Positions 1 to 7,771 of a stretch of DNA of 64,000 nucleotides are shown here, one piece after another (position 1 is the first letter of the stretch; every line of letters begins with the position of its first letter). This DNA is from Desulfobacterales bacterium (GTDB taxonomy: Bacteria > Desulfobacterota > Desulfobacteria > Desulfobacterales > SpSt-501): positions 23,170-87,169 of the forward strand of contig JAUQXK010000140.1 of NCBI GenBank assembly GCA_030834695.1, read 5' to 3'. The translations under genes and the position numbers were made by a program. The notes beneath the pieces are model-generated. The model did not search any database and had not been told where the DNA came from. It saw only the letters and a program-made list of their open reading frames with translations.

Positions 1-42
1 GTTCCATCGTTTCACTCCTTCTTTGACCCCTGGGGGTACGCG

Positions 43-660
43 TCACCGCTCCAAAAGCGGTCTGAGGTCTTGCAGCCGATCGATGTGATGATCGGCCGAA
101 AGGGACGGGTTGCGGTAGGCCACGAACGGAACCTCCGCCGCATGGGCCGTGCTCGCATCCACTTCCGAATCCCCGACGAACAGGGCCTGATGCGGCTCGG
201 TGTTGAAGTGCGTCAGAATTTTCAAAAGCGGATCGGGCGCAGGCTTCGGCCGCTCGACATCGAGCGAGGTCACCACGTAATCGAAACGGTCGGACAGTCT
301 GAATTCCCGCAGAAGATGCTTCATCGTGTCGGTGCGATTGGTGGCGATGGCCGTACGGAATTTCCCGTGCATCCAATCCAGCAAACCGACCAGACCGGGC
401 TCTATCGTCAGGTGCTTGAGGAATCCGCCATAGTCGATCGTTTTGCGGAAGTCATAGGCCGCCTGCCGCAGACGGTCGTCTTCAAAAAGGGTCTCCAGCG
501 CCTGTTGAATGGTGTGGGCGTGCACGAAGCGCAGCTGCTCCTCGTTCATCGCCGGCCGGCCGAAGTGCTGAAGGATGTGGTTGTAATAATGCCGGTTGGC
601 TTCCAGCGTGTCGAACAGCACGCCGTCACAGTCAAACGCCACCACGCGCACGTTCATCAT
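43..660 (-). CDS. HAD-superfamily hydrolase (phosphoglycolate phosphatase-like)
   Basis: 205-aa ORF. It has an N-terminal DxDxV/T nucleophile motif (VAFDCDGVLFDT), a later TNR motif and a C-terminal GDSEVD motif, all typical of HAD phosphatases. Confidence 0.85.
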   Translation of the reverse strand: MMNVRVVAFDCDGVLFDTLEANRHYYNHILQHFGRPAMNEEQLRFVHAHTIQQALETLFEDDRLRQAAYDFRKTIDYGGFLKHLTIEPGLVGLLDWMHGKFRTAIATNRTDTMKHLLREFRLSDRFDYVVTSLDVERPKPAPDPLLKILTHFNTEPHQALFVGDSEVDASTAHAAEVPFVAYRNPSLSADHHIDRLQDLRPLLER

Positions 661-661
661 G

Positions 662-1420
662 TCAGTTGGCTTTCTTTTCGAAGGACGGCTGCGCCCGCAG
701 GTAGACGTAAACCCGCACGTCTATCTCCGGCTGGAGCGGGTGGTCGGTTTTCACCCGCACCGTGTCATTGTAGGAACCGGCTTCCGTTCTCAGATTCTCC
801 ACCCGCAGGGCGTAGGCCGGCTTGCCGCCCTGGACGACCGGTCCCAACTGCACCTTGAGCTTGCCGTCGACGGCATACGTTTCCAGAATCTTGAACGGGT
901 ATTTCTCCTCGGGCACGATGCTGACGGAGCCCTGCAGGGTCTCACCGGATACACCGCGCAGGCTCAGCATCCGGGGGGTGATCGTGGCGAAACGGTCCAC
1001 CGGTCCGGCGATCGTCAGATGCACCACCGGCTCTTTCGGATCGTTGGTCATAACGTCGGCGGACTTTTCCAGCTTGCGACCGCCGTAGCCGGTCGTATCC
1101 ACTTTGATGGTGATTTTTCCCTCGCCGCCGGCGGGGATCTGTCTCGCATAGGAGACCGCTGCGCACCCTCAGCCGGTGCGCACGTCGCTGATGACCAGCG
1201 GCGCCGAGCCCTTGTTCATCACGACGAAATCATGGATGACCTTGGCGCCTTCGATCACCGGCTGGAACTCGAACGTTTTCTCCGGAAAAAAAACGGAAGC
1301 GCCGGGCTCCGAACCGCCGACGCCTGGAGCGGCGGCCTGGGCATGAACCGCACCAGCTAAAACGGCAAGGGCCAGGAGGGTCAGGATGATCGCTCCCGCC
1401 GCCGGACGATGACACTGCAT
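662..1420 (-). CDS. Secreted DUF1573-family protein with in-frame TGA (candidate selenocysteine at codon 84)
   Basis: ORFs 1169..1420 and 662..1102 share one frame and are interrupted only by TGA at 1169..1171. The frame stays open across 1103..1168. There is an N-terminal signal peptide (LLALAVLAGAVHAQA). Read-through gives ...PLVISDVRTG-[TGA]-GCAAVSYARQIPAGGEGKITIKV..., which matches the DUF1573 hallmark (..SCGCT..iPG..g.I.v) with TGA at the first Cys. Confidence 0.6.
1141..1156 (-). promoter_or_regulatory. Candidate SECIS-like hairpin downstream of the in-frame UGA
   Basis: On the mRNA strand, GUCUC-CUAUGC-GAGAC (5-bp stem, 6-nt loop) begins 13 nt after the UGA. The spacing is compatible with bacterial SECIS elements. 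The stem is short and I did no formal folding. Confidence 0.3.
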
Positions 1421-1552
1421 TCGGAATGTCTCCCACGTTGAAGTTGGCTCGACAGAGCCCGATTGTTTGATCCGAGTCGAATTTAAAAGAAAATTTTAGG
1501 TCGCACCGCCGTCAAAGTCAAGCCGGGGCCGCTGCGCTTCAGAACGGTCCGC

Positions 1553-3994
1553 TCACATAAGGTACAACGGATCCACATCGATGACCAATTTCACCCGGTT
1601 CCGGGCAAAACCGTGCGGATAAACGGCCAGCAACCGATCCACAAACCGGTGCAGCGCGGCGGCCTGCAGCGATTTTACCAAAATCTGCCAGCGGTAGTGA
1701 CCGGCGATCCGCGCCAGCGGGGCTTCGATCGGTCCCAGCAGCTGAAGCGCTTGGACCCAGCCCGGATCGGCGGCCTGCAGCGCCCGGCATTGCGTGCCGA
1801 GCGCCTCCGCCTGCTCGCGGGTGAAACGCTCATGGCGCCCGGACAGGCGCAGTTGGATCATCCGGGTGACCGGAGGATAGCCGAGCGCCTTGCGGAACCC
1901 GATTTCCGGTTCATAAAACGCGTTGAAGTCCTGAGCGCAGGCGGCCCGTATGCTGAAGTGGCCGGGGTTGTAGGTTTGCAGAATCACCTGTCCGGGACGG
2001 TCGCCGCGGCCGGCCCGGCCGGCCACCTGGGACAAGAGCTGAAAGGTGCGTTCCCCGGACCGAAAGTCCGGGAAACTCAGGGACAGATCCGCGCAGATGA
2101 CTCCCACCAGCGTGATCCCCGGGAAGTCATGCCCCTGGGTCACCATCTGGGTCCCGATCAGGATGTCGGTCGTCTTCTCGCGCAGCCCCTTGAGCAGCCG
2201 GAGAATGTCCCCCCGGCGCCGAGTGGTGTCGCGGTCCATGCGCGCCACCCGGGCCGCGGGAAACAGGGCACGGATCGCCGCCTCCACCTTTTCGGTTCCC
2301 ATTCCCAGGCGCTTGATCTGCTTGGACCCGCAGGCGCTGCAGGCAGCGGAAGCCGGCAGGCTGAAGCCGCAATAATGGCAACGGTAGGCGTTCTCCGCCT
2401 GGTGCAGCGTGAGGGAAATATTGCAGTGCCGGCAGCGCAGGGCCTCTCCGCAAGCGGCGCAGACCGGAAAATTCGCATACCCGCGCCGATTAAGAAACAG
2501 CAGCGCCTGCTCGCCGCGATCGAGGGTTGCGGCGATGGCCCGGTTCAGCTCGGCGCTGACGAAGCGCCCCGGACCGCGCAGATCCCGGCACTGGCGCAGG
2601 TCCACCGTGCGGACCTCGGGCAGGGATCGCGCCTCCATCCGTTCCGGCAGCACCAGCTCGGTGTATTTTCCGGAGCGCACATTGTAATACGACTGCAGCG
2701 ACGGCGTGGCCGACCCCAACAGCGCAACGGCGCCGCTCTGCTGGGCCCGCACCACCGCCAGGTCCCGTGCGCTGTAGTGCAGGCCGCCCTCCTGTTTGTA
2801 GGAGGCATCGTGCTCTTCGTCGACAATGATGACGCCCAGGTCTGAAAACGGCGCGAACACCGCCGAGCGCACGCCGATGGCGATCCGCACCTCCCGTCGC
2901 AGAATCCGCGTCCACTGGTCGAAGCGCTCGCCCGCGGAGAGTCCGCTGTGAAGCACGGCGACATGCTCCCCGAATCGGGCGCGAAACCGTCGTTCGGTCT
3001 GCGTGATCAGTGCGATCTCCGGGACCAGCACCACCACCGACTGCCCGGAGGCCATCGCCTGCGACGCCACCCGCAGATAGACTTCGGTCTTGCCGCTGCC
3101 CGTGACCCCTTTCAGCAGAAATGTCCGGAACCCCTTTCCCAGTGCGGCGCAAACGGTGCTCACCACGGCGTCCTGATCGGCGGTCAGCACCGGGGCCGTA
3201 TCGGGAAGGATGGCCTCACCGAAGGGGTCGCGGTAGAGCCTGCGCGCGAAAGTCTCCAGGTGACCGGAGCGCTCCAATGCCCTCAGGTGGGGGCGGGCAT
3301 TGGGCGTCTGGGCCGCGAGGGCGCGCACCGGCAGCTCTCCGGCAGCGGCCACCGCGTCGAGCAGGGCCTGCTTTTTCGGCGACAACGAGCCGTCGACCGG
3401 AGCCATAGACGGCAGCCGCACCCAGCGCTCCTGCAGGGCCTTGGTTCCTCCCGCCCGCAGCGTTCGCGTGCGCAGGATGTAACCGCGGCGCTGCAGGGTA
3501 GCCAGCACCGCGCCCGGGATGGCCGGGATGGACAGGACGCGCAGGGGTTTTCGACTCAGAAGGCCGAGAACCCGAGCCTCGTCCGCCGCCAAACCGCCTT
3601 CCGTCAAGCAGTCGCGCCCCGCGTCCGTGATACGCCACGTGGATGATTCGGCAACGGTTAAACCGCCGGGCAGCGCGGTCTGGATCACGGCGCCCAGCGG
3701 ATGCTTGTAGTAGTCAGCCGCCCAACGGAAAAGAGGAATCATGGAGGCGGGAAAGAGCGGCGCGTCATCCATGACGTCCAGAATGGGTTTGATTTCTTTC
3801 CCCTCCGGTGGCGACGCCGGTCCGAGAACATAACCGGTGGCGCGCCGCCGGCCGAAGGAAACCAGCACCCGCATGCCCGCCGCCACGGCAGACGCCAAAA
3901 CTTCCGGGACTCCGTAGGTGTACGTCCCCGGGACGGACATGGCCATCGCCACTTCGATGGTTTTTCCAGCGGCCTCTGCCGTTGAGCCAATCAT
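1553..3994 (-). CDS. priA: Primosomal protein N' (replication restart helicase PriA)
   Basis: 813 aa. Walker A motif GVTGSGKTEVY, DEEHD helicase motif II, and a Cys-rich zinc-binding insert (CAACGEALRCRHCNISLTLH..YRCHYCG..CSACGS), all characteristic of PriA. Confidence 0.95.
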   Translation of the reverse strand: MIGSTAEAAGKTIEVAMAMSVPGTYTYGVPEVLASAVAAGMRVLVSFGRRRATGYVLGPASPPEGKEIKPILDVMDDAPLFPASMIPLFRWAADYYKHPLGAVIQTALPGGLTVAESSTWRITDAGRDCLTEGGLAADEARVLGLLSRKPLRVLSIPAIPGAVLATLQRRGYILRTRTLRAGGTKALQERWVRLPSMAPVDGSLSPKKQALLDAVAAAGELPVRALAAQTPNARPHLRALERSGHLETFARRLYRDPFGEAILPDTAPVLTADQDAVVSTVCAALGKGFRTFLLKGVTGSGKTEVYLRVASQAMASGQSVVVLVPEIALITQTERRFRARFGEHVAVLHSGLSAGERFDQWTRILRREVRIAIGVRSAVFAPFSDLGVIIVDEEHDASYKQEGGLHYSARDLAVVRAQQSGAVALLGSATPSLQSYYNVRSGKYTELVLPERMEARSLPEVRTVDLRQCRDLRGPGRFVSAELNRAIAATLDRGEQALLFLNRRGYANFPVCAACGEALRCRHCNISLTLHQAENAYRCHYCGFSLPASAACSACGSKQIKRLGMGTEKVEAAIRALFPAARVARMDRDTTRRRGDILRLLKGLREKTTDILIGTQMVTQGHDFPGITLVGVICADLSLSFPDFRSGERTFQLLSQVAGRAGRGDRPGQVILQTYNPGHFSIRAACAQDFNAFYEPEIGFRKALGYPPVTRMIQLRLSGRHERFTREQAEALGTQCRALQAADPGWVQALQLLGPIEAPLARIAGHYRWQILVKSLQAAALHRFVDRLLAVYPHGFARNRVKLVIDVDPLYLM

Positions 3995-4152
3995 ACTATA
4001 ACCACCCTGAACTATTATAAATTATTTGAATATTTGAATCGCTGTCGCATTTGGGCTATAATATGTTTAGTTTTACAAGCTATCAAGGGGATCCCTGCGT
4101 CATGCGCCAGCATCGGAGATGGGATCCAAGATCAAGCAACCAGGAGGATATC

Positions 4153-4488
4153 ATGTCAGTGCGTAAGTGTGGATTGATGCTTGCGGTGGTGGCTGCGGTG
4201 CTCATCGGTTCGTTTGGGTCGCCGGCTTTCGCCTATCGGACTGCGACTTCGGATTGCATGGACCGGGATTACTATAGCGGATGCGAACAGGAGCCGACCG
4301 GAGGAATGATGATGTGGGACGCCCTGGTCATGCGTCCGGTCGGCATGGTCGGGACCGCGCTGGGTTCGGTGGTCTGGCTCGTCAGCTATCCATTCGCCTA
4401 CTGGGGTGGAAACACGGATGCCTCTACGGAGGCACTGGTCCAACATCCCTTCGAGTGGACCTTTCAACGCCCCCTGGGTGAGTTTTAA
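4153..4488 (+). CDS. Hypothetical small secreted/membrane protein
   Basis: ATG at 4153 is preceded by AGGAGG (4142..4147). Signal-like N-terminus MSVRKCGLMLAVVAAVLIGSFGSPAFA and a hydrophobic segment later in the protein. No family recognised. Confidence 0.55.
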   Translation: MSVRKCGLMLAVVAAVLIGSFGSPAFAYRTATSDCMDRDYYSGCEQEPTGGMMMWDALVMRPVGMVGTALGSVVWLVSYPFAYWGGNTDASTEALVQHPFEWTFQRPLGEF

Positions 4489-4533
4489 CTTCACTCAGCG
4501 CCCCTTAGCCCTGAACGCGCCGGCCGATCAATT

Positions 4534-4545
4534 GGGGGGGGGGGG
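4534..4545. repeat. G12 homopolymer tract (intergenic)
   Basis: 12 consecutive G read directly from the sequence (attGGGGGGGGGGGGctg), followed at 4557..4589 by a perfect 14-bp-stem hairpin CATCGCAACGCCTG/CAGGCGTTGCGATG. Confidence 0.9.
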
Positions 4546-4657
4546 CTGAAACCATCCATCGCAACGCCTGTCCTGCAGGCGTTGCGATGGGACGGGTGTC
4601 GATCAGGGCTGCCGGCGAAGAGCGCTCCCTCCCTGCGATCCAGAACCGACAGCAGGC

Positions 4658-5194
4658 ATGGCATCACCCCCGAGCATGAGTTCGACAACCTCGGCGCAAC
4701 CCGCCAAGAACGGCGGTTTCATGCCCAGAAAGGACCCAGCGCGAAAGCTGATCAGGCTGAGCCGCGACCTGGAGCAGGCGATCCTTCTGGTGATGAAGTA
4801 CATTGCGTACACGACGGGCGCCGAACCCTGCCAGGAAGAAATTGCGGCGGTCTTGAAATCCTATTTCACCCTCGACGAAGTCACCAATCAGCTCAACTAC
4901 CTGCGCAAAAAACCCCCGGATCGTGCCAGCCCAAGCTCTTTTTCCGGCTTTCAGCGCCCCACCATGCGCATCAATATGACCGCTGGTTCTCCGACGAACA
5001 GCCTGGCACGAGCCGGTTTTTTCATTCAGCCGATCGACGATGCCATCGGAGCGATCCGCCGCCACGCCCAGGCCCTGCTCGGCAGCGCCCCTTCCGATGA
5101 AAGCATCGCGATCAGCCTCAGGAGCAGCTTCATCCTAAGCGAGCTCAAGAATCAAATCGTACACGCCCGCAATCAACTGCACCGCCCGGATTGA
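4658..5194 (+). CDS. Hypothetical protein (start uncertain; alternative ATG at 4721)
   Basis: 178-aa ORF with sensible amino-acid composition. It has two internally similar roughly 27-aa helical segments (EEIAAVLKSYFTLDEVTNQLNYLRKK / ESIAISLRSSFILSELKNQIVHARNQL). No recognised family. Confidence 0.45.
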   Translation: MASPPSMSSTTSAQPAKNGGFMPRKDPARKLIRLSRDLEQAILLVMKYIAYTTGAEPCQEEIAAVLKSYFTLDEVTNQLNYLRKKPPDRASPSSFSGFQRPTMRINMTAGSPTNSLARAGFFIQPIDDAIGAIRRHAQALLGSAPSDESIAISLRSSFILSELKNQIVHARNQLHRPD

Positions 5195-5355
5195 CGGCGG
5201 ACCCGAAACCTCTTCCCGCCGAACCCCGGCTAGCGTGACACCGGTTTTCTTGCCGAAGTAGAATCCCCCCACCTTTCCATGCCGGACAGAATGGTTATGT
5301 TGACCGCTAATTGCCCTACTTAGAGCTGATGGACTCGTAAAACGTCATCCGAATC

Positions 5356-5480
5356 GATGACTTCGTAAAGAGGTCAAGATCAAGGCGCGCGAATCTCGTG
5401 GCGCGAGGCGTACGGACCGTACGCCGCAGTGGCAGCGAGATGACGCGCAACGCAGAGATTGGGCTATTTACGAAGTCATC
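5356..5480 (+). repeat. 125-nt structured palindromic intergenic repeat, copy 1 (family A)
   Basis: Terminal inverted arms GATGACTTCGTAAA...TTTACGAAGTCATC. Inner pairings GCGCG/CGCGC and ATCTCG/CGAGAT, plus a central GGCGTACG-loop-CGTACGCC hairpin. Four more copies in this window share the core GGCCAAGATCAAGGCGCGCGAATCTCG..GAGGCGTAC..GTACGCCGCAG..CGAGATGA.GCGCAACGC.GAGATTGG. About 25 nt upstream (5331..5355) is also shared with copy 2. Confidence 0.9.
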
Positions 5481-5517
5481 AGAATTCGACCCGGGACGTC
5501 CGGGTGGGGAGGCTGAA

Positions 5518-6240
5518 ATGAAATTCGATCGATTGCATCTCAGGGCCCTCATTGTCAGCGGTATGACGATAGCGCTTATCGGCGGCTGTGCCGGATGGCA
5601 GCGCTCCGGCCCCCCGCGCGAGCAGCTGGCCGATGCTTATGGACTGAAGGATTTCGAACAGGTGGAAGAACTGCGCTACACGTATAATGTTCAACTTCCC
5701 GACCGGGTGATCAGCCGGGCCTGGTCCTGGGAACCCAAGAAGGACCGCGTGACTTTCAGGGGCACGGCCGAGCAGGGTGGAACCGTCGACTATGAACGTT
5801 CGGTTCTGTCAGGCCCGGCGAGCGAACCCGTCAAAAAGGTGGACCCCTGGTTCGTCAACGACAACTACTGGCTGATTTTCCCCTTGCGCCTCGCCTGGGA
5901 TCAGTCGGCGACGGTCGCGGCCGATGAGTCCCCGGCACCGGTGCCCATCGGTGCGGGCCAAGCCAAGCGGCTCATCGTCCGGTACCCTTCGAACGAGGGC
6001 TACACCCCCGGTGATGTATACGAGCTTTTCATCGGTGCCTCCGAACGGATCGAGCAGTGGGTCTACCGGAAGGGGGGCGATCCAAAGCCGACCCGAATCA
6101 CCACCTGGGAGGACTACCGACGGGTGGGCCCTCTCACCCTGGCGCTGGACCATCGCGGGCCGGACGGCGTCTTCCGCGTTTGGTTCACCGACGTTGCCGT
6201 GCGGGTTTCCGGCCAATCCGGATGGATACCGGCGCGATAA
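5518..6240 (+). CDS. Hypothetical lipoprotein
   Basis: ATG at 5518 is preceded by GGGGAGG. Lipobox-like N-terminus MKFDRLHLRALIVSGMTIALIGGC. The upstream part of track ORF 5398..6240 runs through repeat copy 1, so I excluded it. Confidence 0.65.
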   Translation: MKFDRLHLRALIVSGMTIALIGGCAGWQRSGPPREQLADAYGLKDFEQVEELRYTYNVQLPDRVISRAWSWEPKKDRVTFRGTAEQGGTVDYERSVLSGPASEPVKKVDPWFVNDNYWLIFPLRLAWDQSATVAADESPAPVPIGAGQAKRLIVRYPSNEGYTPGDVYELFIGASERIEQWVYRKGGDPKPTRITTWEDYRRVGPLTLALDHRGPDGVFRVWFTDVAVRVSGQSGWIPAR

Positions 6241-6435
6241 TTTTCAGCCGGCCGCCCCCTCTTCCAAGGCGGTTGCCGCCTCGGCTCGTTTGAAACGGCC
6301 CATCGGAGATAAATTTGCTTCATCCAAATCGTTTTTTTTGATATCGTCGGTTCCGGCTGCGGCTGAGTAGCAACGGCGATAGCATCTCAGCCGCACCGCT
6401 TAGAATCATATTAAGGGTCTCATAATTGTCTTTAC

Positions 6436-6561
6436 GTCATTCCGGCGCGCTGTTAGCCGGAATCCAGTGAATTCGACCCGTTCTGGATGCCCCCGTATCG
6501 TGGTACGGGGCAGGCCCCGGATCAAGGATGTCCGGGGCAGGCTTATCACGTCCGGCATGAC
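6436..6561. repeat. REP-like multi-hairpin element (single copy in window)
   Basis: Outer arms GTCATTCCGGC / GTCCGGCATGAC. Internal hairpins TTCCGGC..GCCGGAA, CCCCGTA..TACGGGG and CCCCGGA..TCCGGGG. It resembles the GC-rich REP elements that produce spurious RGNDG-type ORFs (here RRNDV / RHDG). Only one copy is visible, so repetitiveness is unproven. Confidence 0.4.
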
Positions 6562-6619
6562 GGTACTGTTTCGAGACGATTCATAACGCTTTCGATGGAA
6601 GCACGAAAGAAAAACTGCA

Positions 6620-6979
6620 ATGCTCAATCACGTGGTGTTGATGAAGTTCAAACCGGAGGTTTCCGACGAGGACATCCGCGACCTGGAGAAAGCGCTGGAA
6701 GAACTGCCCAACCAGATCCTGGAAATCAAGATGTACGAGTTCGGACGCAACACCCTCCAATCGGACAGGTCCTATGACTTCGCTCTGATCGCTCTTTTCG
6801 CAAATCCGGGAGCCCTGGAGCGCTACCAAAAACACCCCGACCACTTGCCGGTGGTGGCAAAGGTCCGGTCCATGTGTGCGAACGTCGTAACGGTCGACTT
6901 CAACGGTTCGAACCCCAGCGCGACGGAGGCCGGCCCGCCCGAATGGGAAAGAGACCCCTGGGAACGTCTGAAACGATAG
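6620..6979 (+). CDS. Dabb-family stress-responsive alpha/beta-barrel protein
   Basis: Starts MLNHVVLMKFKPEVSDEDI... and contains ...ERYQKHPDHLPVV, the typical Dabb (stress responsive A/B barrel) signature. Confidence 0.8.
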   Translation: MLNHVVLMKFKPEVSDEDIRDLEKALEELPNQILEIKMYEFGRNTLQSDRSYDFALIALFANPGALERYQKHPDHLPVVAKVRSMCANVVTVDFNGSNPSATEAGPPEWERDPWERLKR

Positions 6980-7002
6980 CTGGAAGGGGGGCTCGGGGCA
7001 TC

Positions 7003-7425
7003 ATGCGCGCAGTGGCTCTTTTGATGGTCCTGCTGGCCGTGACCGGTTGCCTGGCCGGTTCTGAAGACGCCGCACCTGCCCGGATTGAATGGGTCCAGAA
7101 CCTGTCCGAGGGTATGCGGCTGGCTAACGAGTCCGGCAAACCGGTGATGCTGTTTTTTACCGCGGATTGGTGCGGTCCCTGTGTCGAGCTAAAAAAATAC
7201 GTTTTTTCGGACCGTCGCGTGGTCGCCGCATCCAAGCGTCTCATCAACGTATACATCGATGCGGACAGCAACACCGATGCGCTGGCCGTCTACAAGGTAC
7301 GCGGCATTCCAGCCATTTTTTTCCTGAACCCGCTCGGTGAAACCATCGCCAAATACACGGGCGACCGCTCCGTGGGCAGCTTCGTGAAACAAATGTCGGC
7401 GGTTGCCGACAAGCACACCCGCTGA
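7003..7425 (+). CDS. Thioredoxin-fold lipoprotein (thiol:disulfide oxidoreductase-like)
   Basis: ATG at 7003. Lipobox MRAVALLMVLLAVTGC. Thioredoxin active site in FFTADWCGPCVELKK. Confidence 0.8.
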   Translation: MRAVALLMVLLAVTGCLAGSEDAAPARIEWVQNLSEGMRLANESGKPVMLFFTADWCGPCVELKKYVFSDRRVVAASKRLINVYIDADSNTDALAVYKVRGIPAIFFLNPLGETIAKYTGDRSVGSFVKQMSAVADKHTR

Positions 7426-7771
7426 CCCCGACCGACACCCTGCTGCACCTGACATGGATTTCCGGAACACCCGGTTCAACGGCCGGCGAAGGGATGCGAA
7501 CGGATGAACCACGGCCGCACCGCACCCCGTTCCGCAGCCAGGCCACAGGGGCTTCGAAAATCCGGCGGCGCAAGCCATCCTGAATCTGATTCCGGAAAAT
7601 TCATGTTGTGCTTTCATCCGCTTTATATTACCATAAAATACAATAAATTCCTGTATGTACGGAGGAGTTGGGAATCGATCCGGGCGGACGCACCCCCGCA
7701 TGATTCCCCTGCGCATCGAATCGGATTCTTTCGTAGATCAGGCAACTTCCGAACCGGTACGGCCGCCATCC

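Noticed and set aside
5316-5552. ORFs translating through family A repeats (5316..5552, the N-terminus of 10536..11075, 54733..55008, and the N-terminal 42 aa of 19573..22194), all giving ...SLPLRRT.RTPR..RFARLDLG... peptides
   Set aside because: The shared peptide is a by-product of translating the 125-nt palindromic repeat. The ORFs have no consistent start, stop or length, and they overlap real genes.
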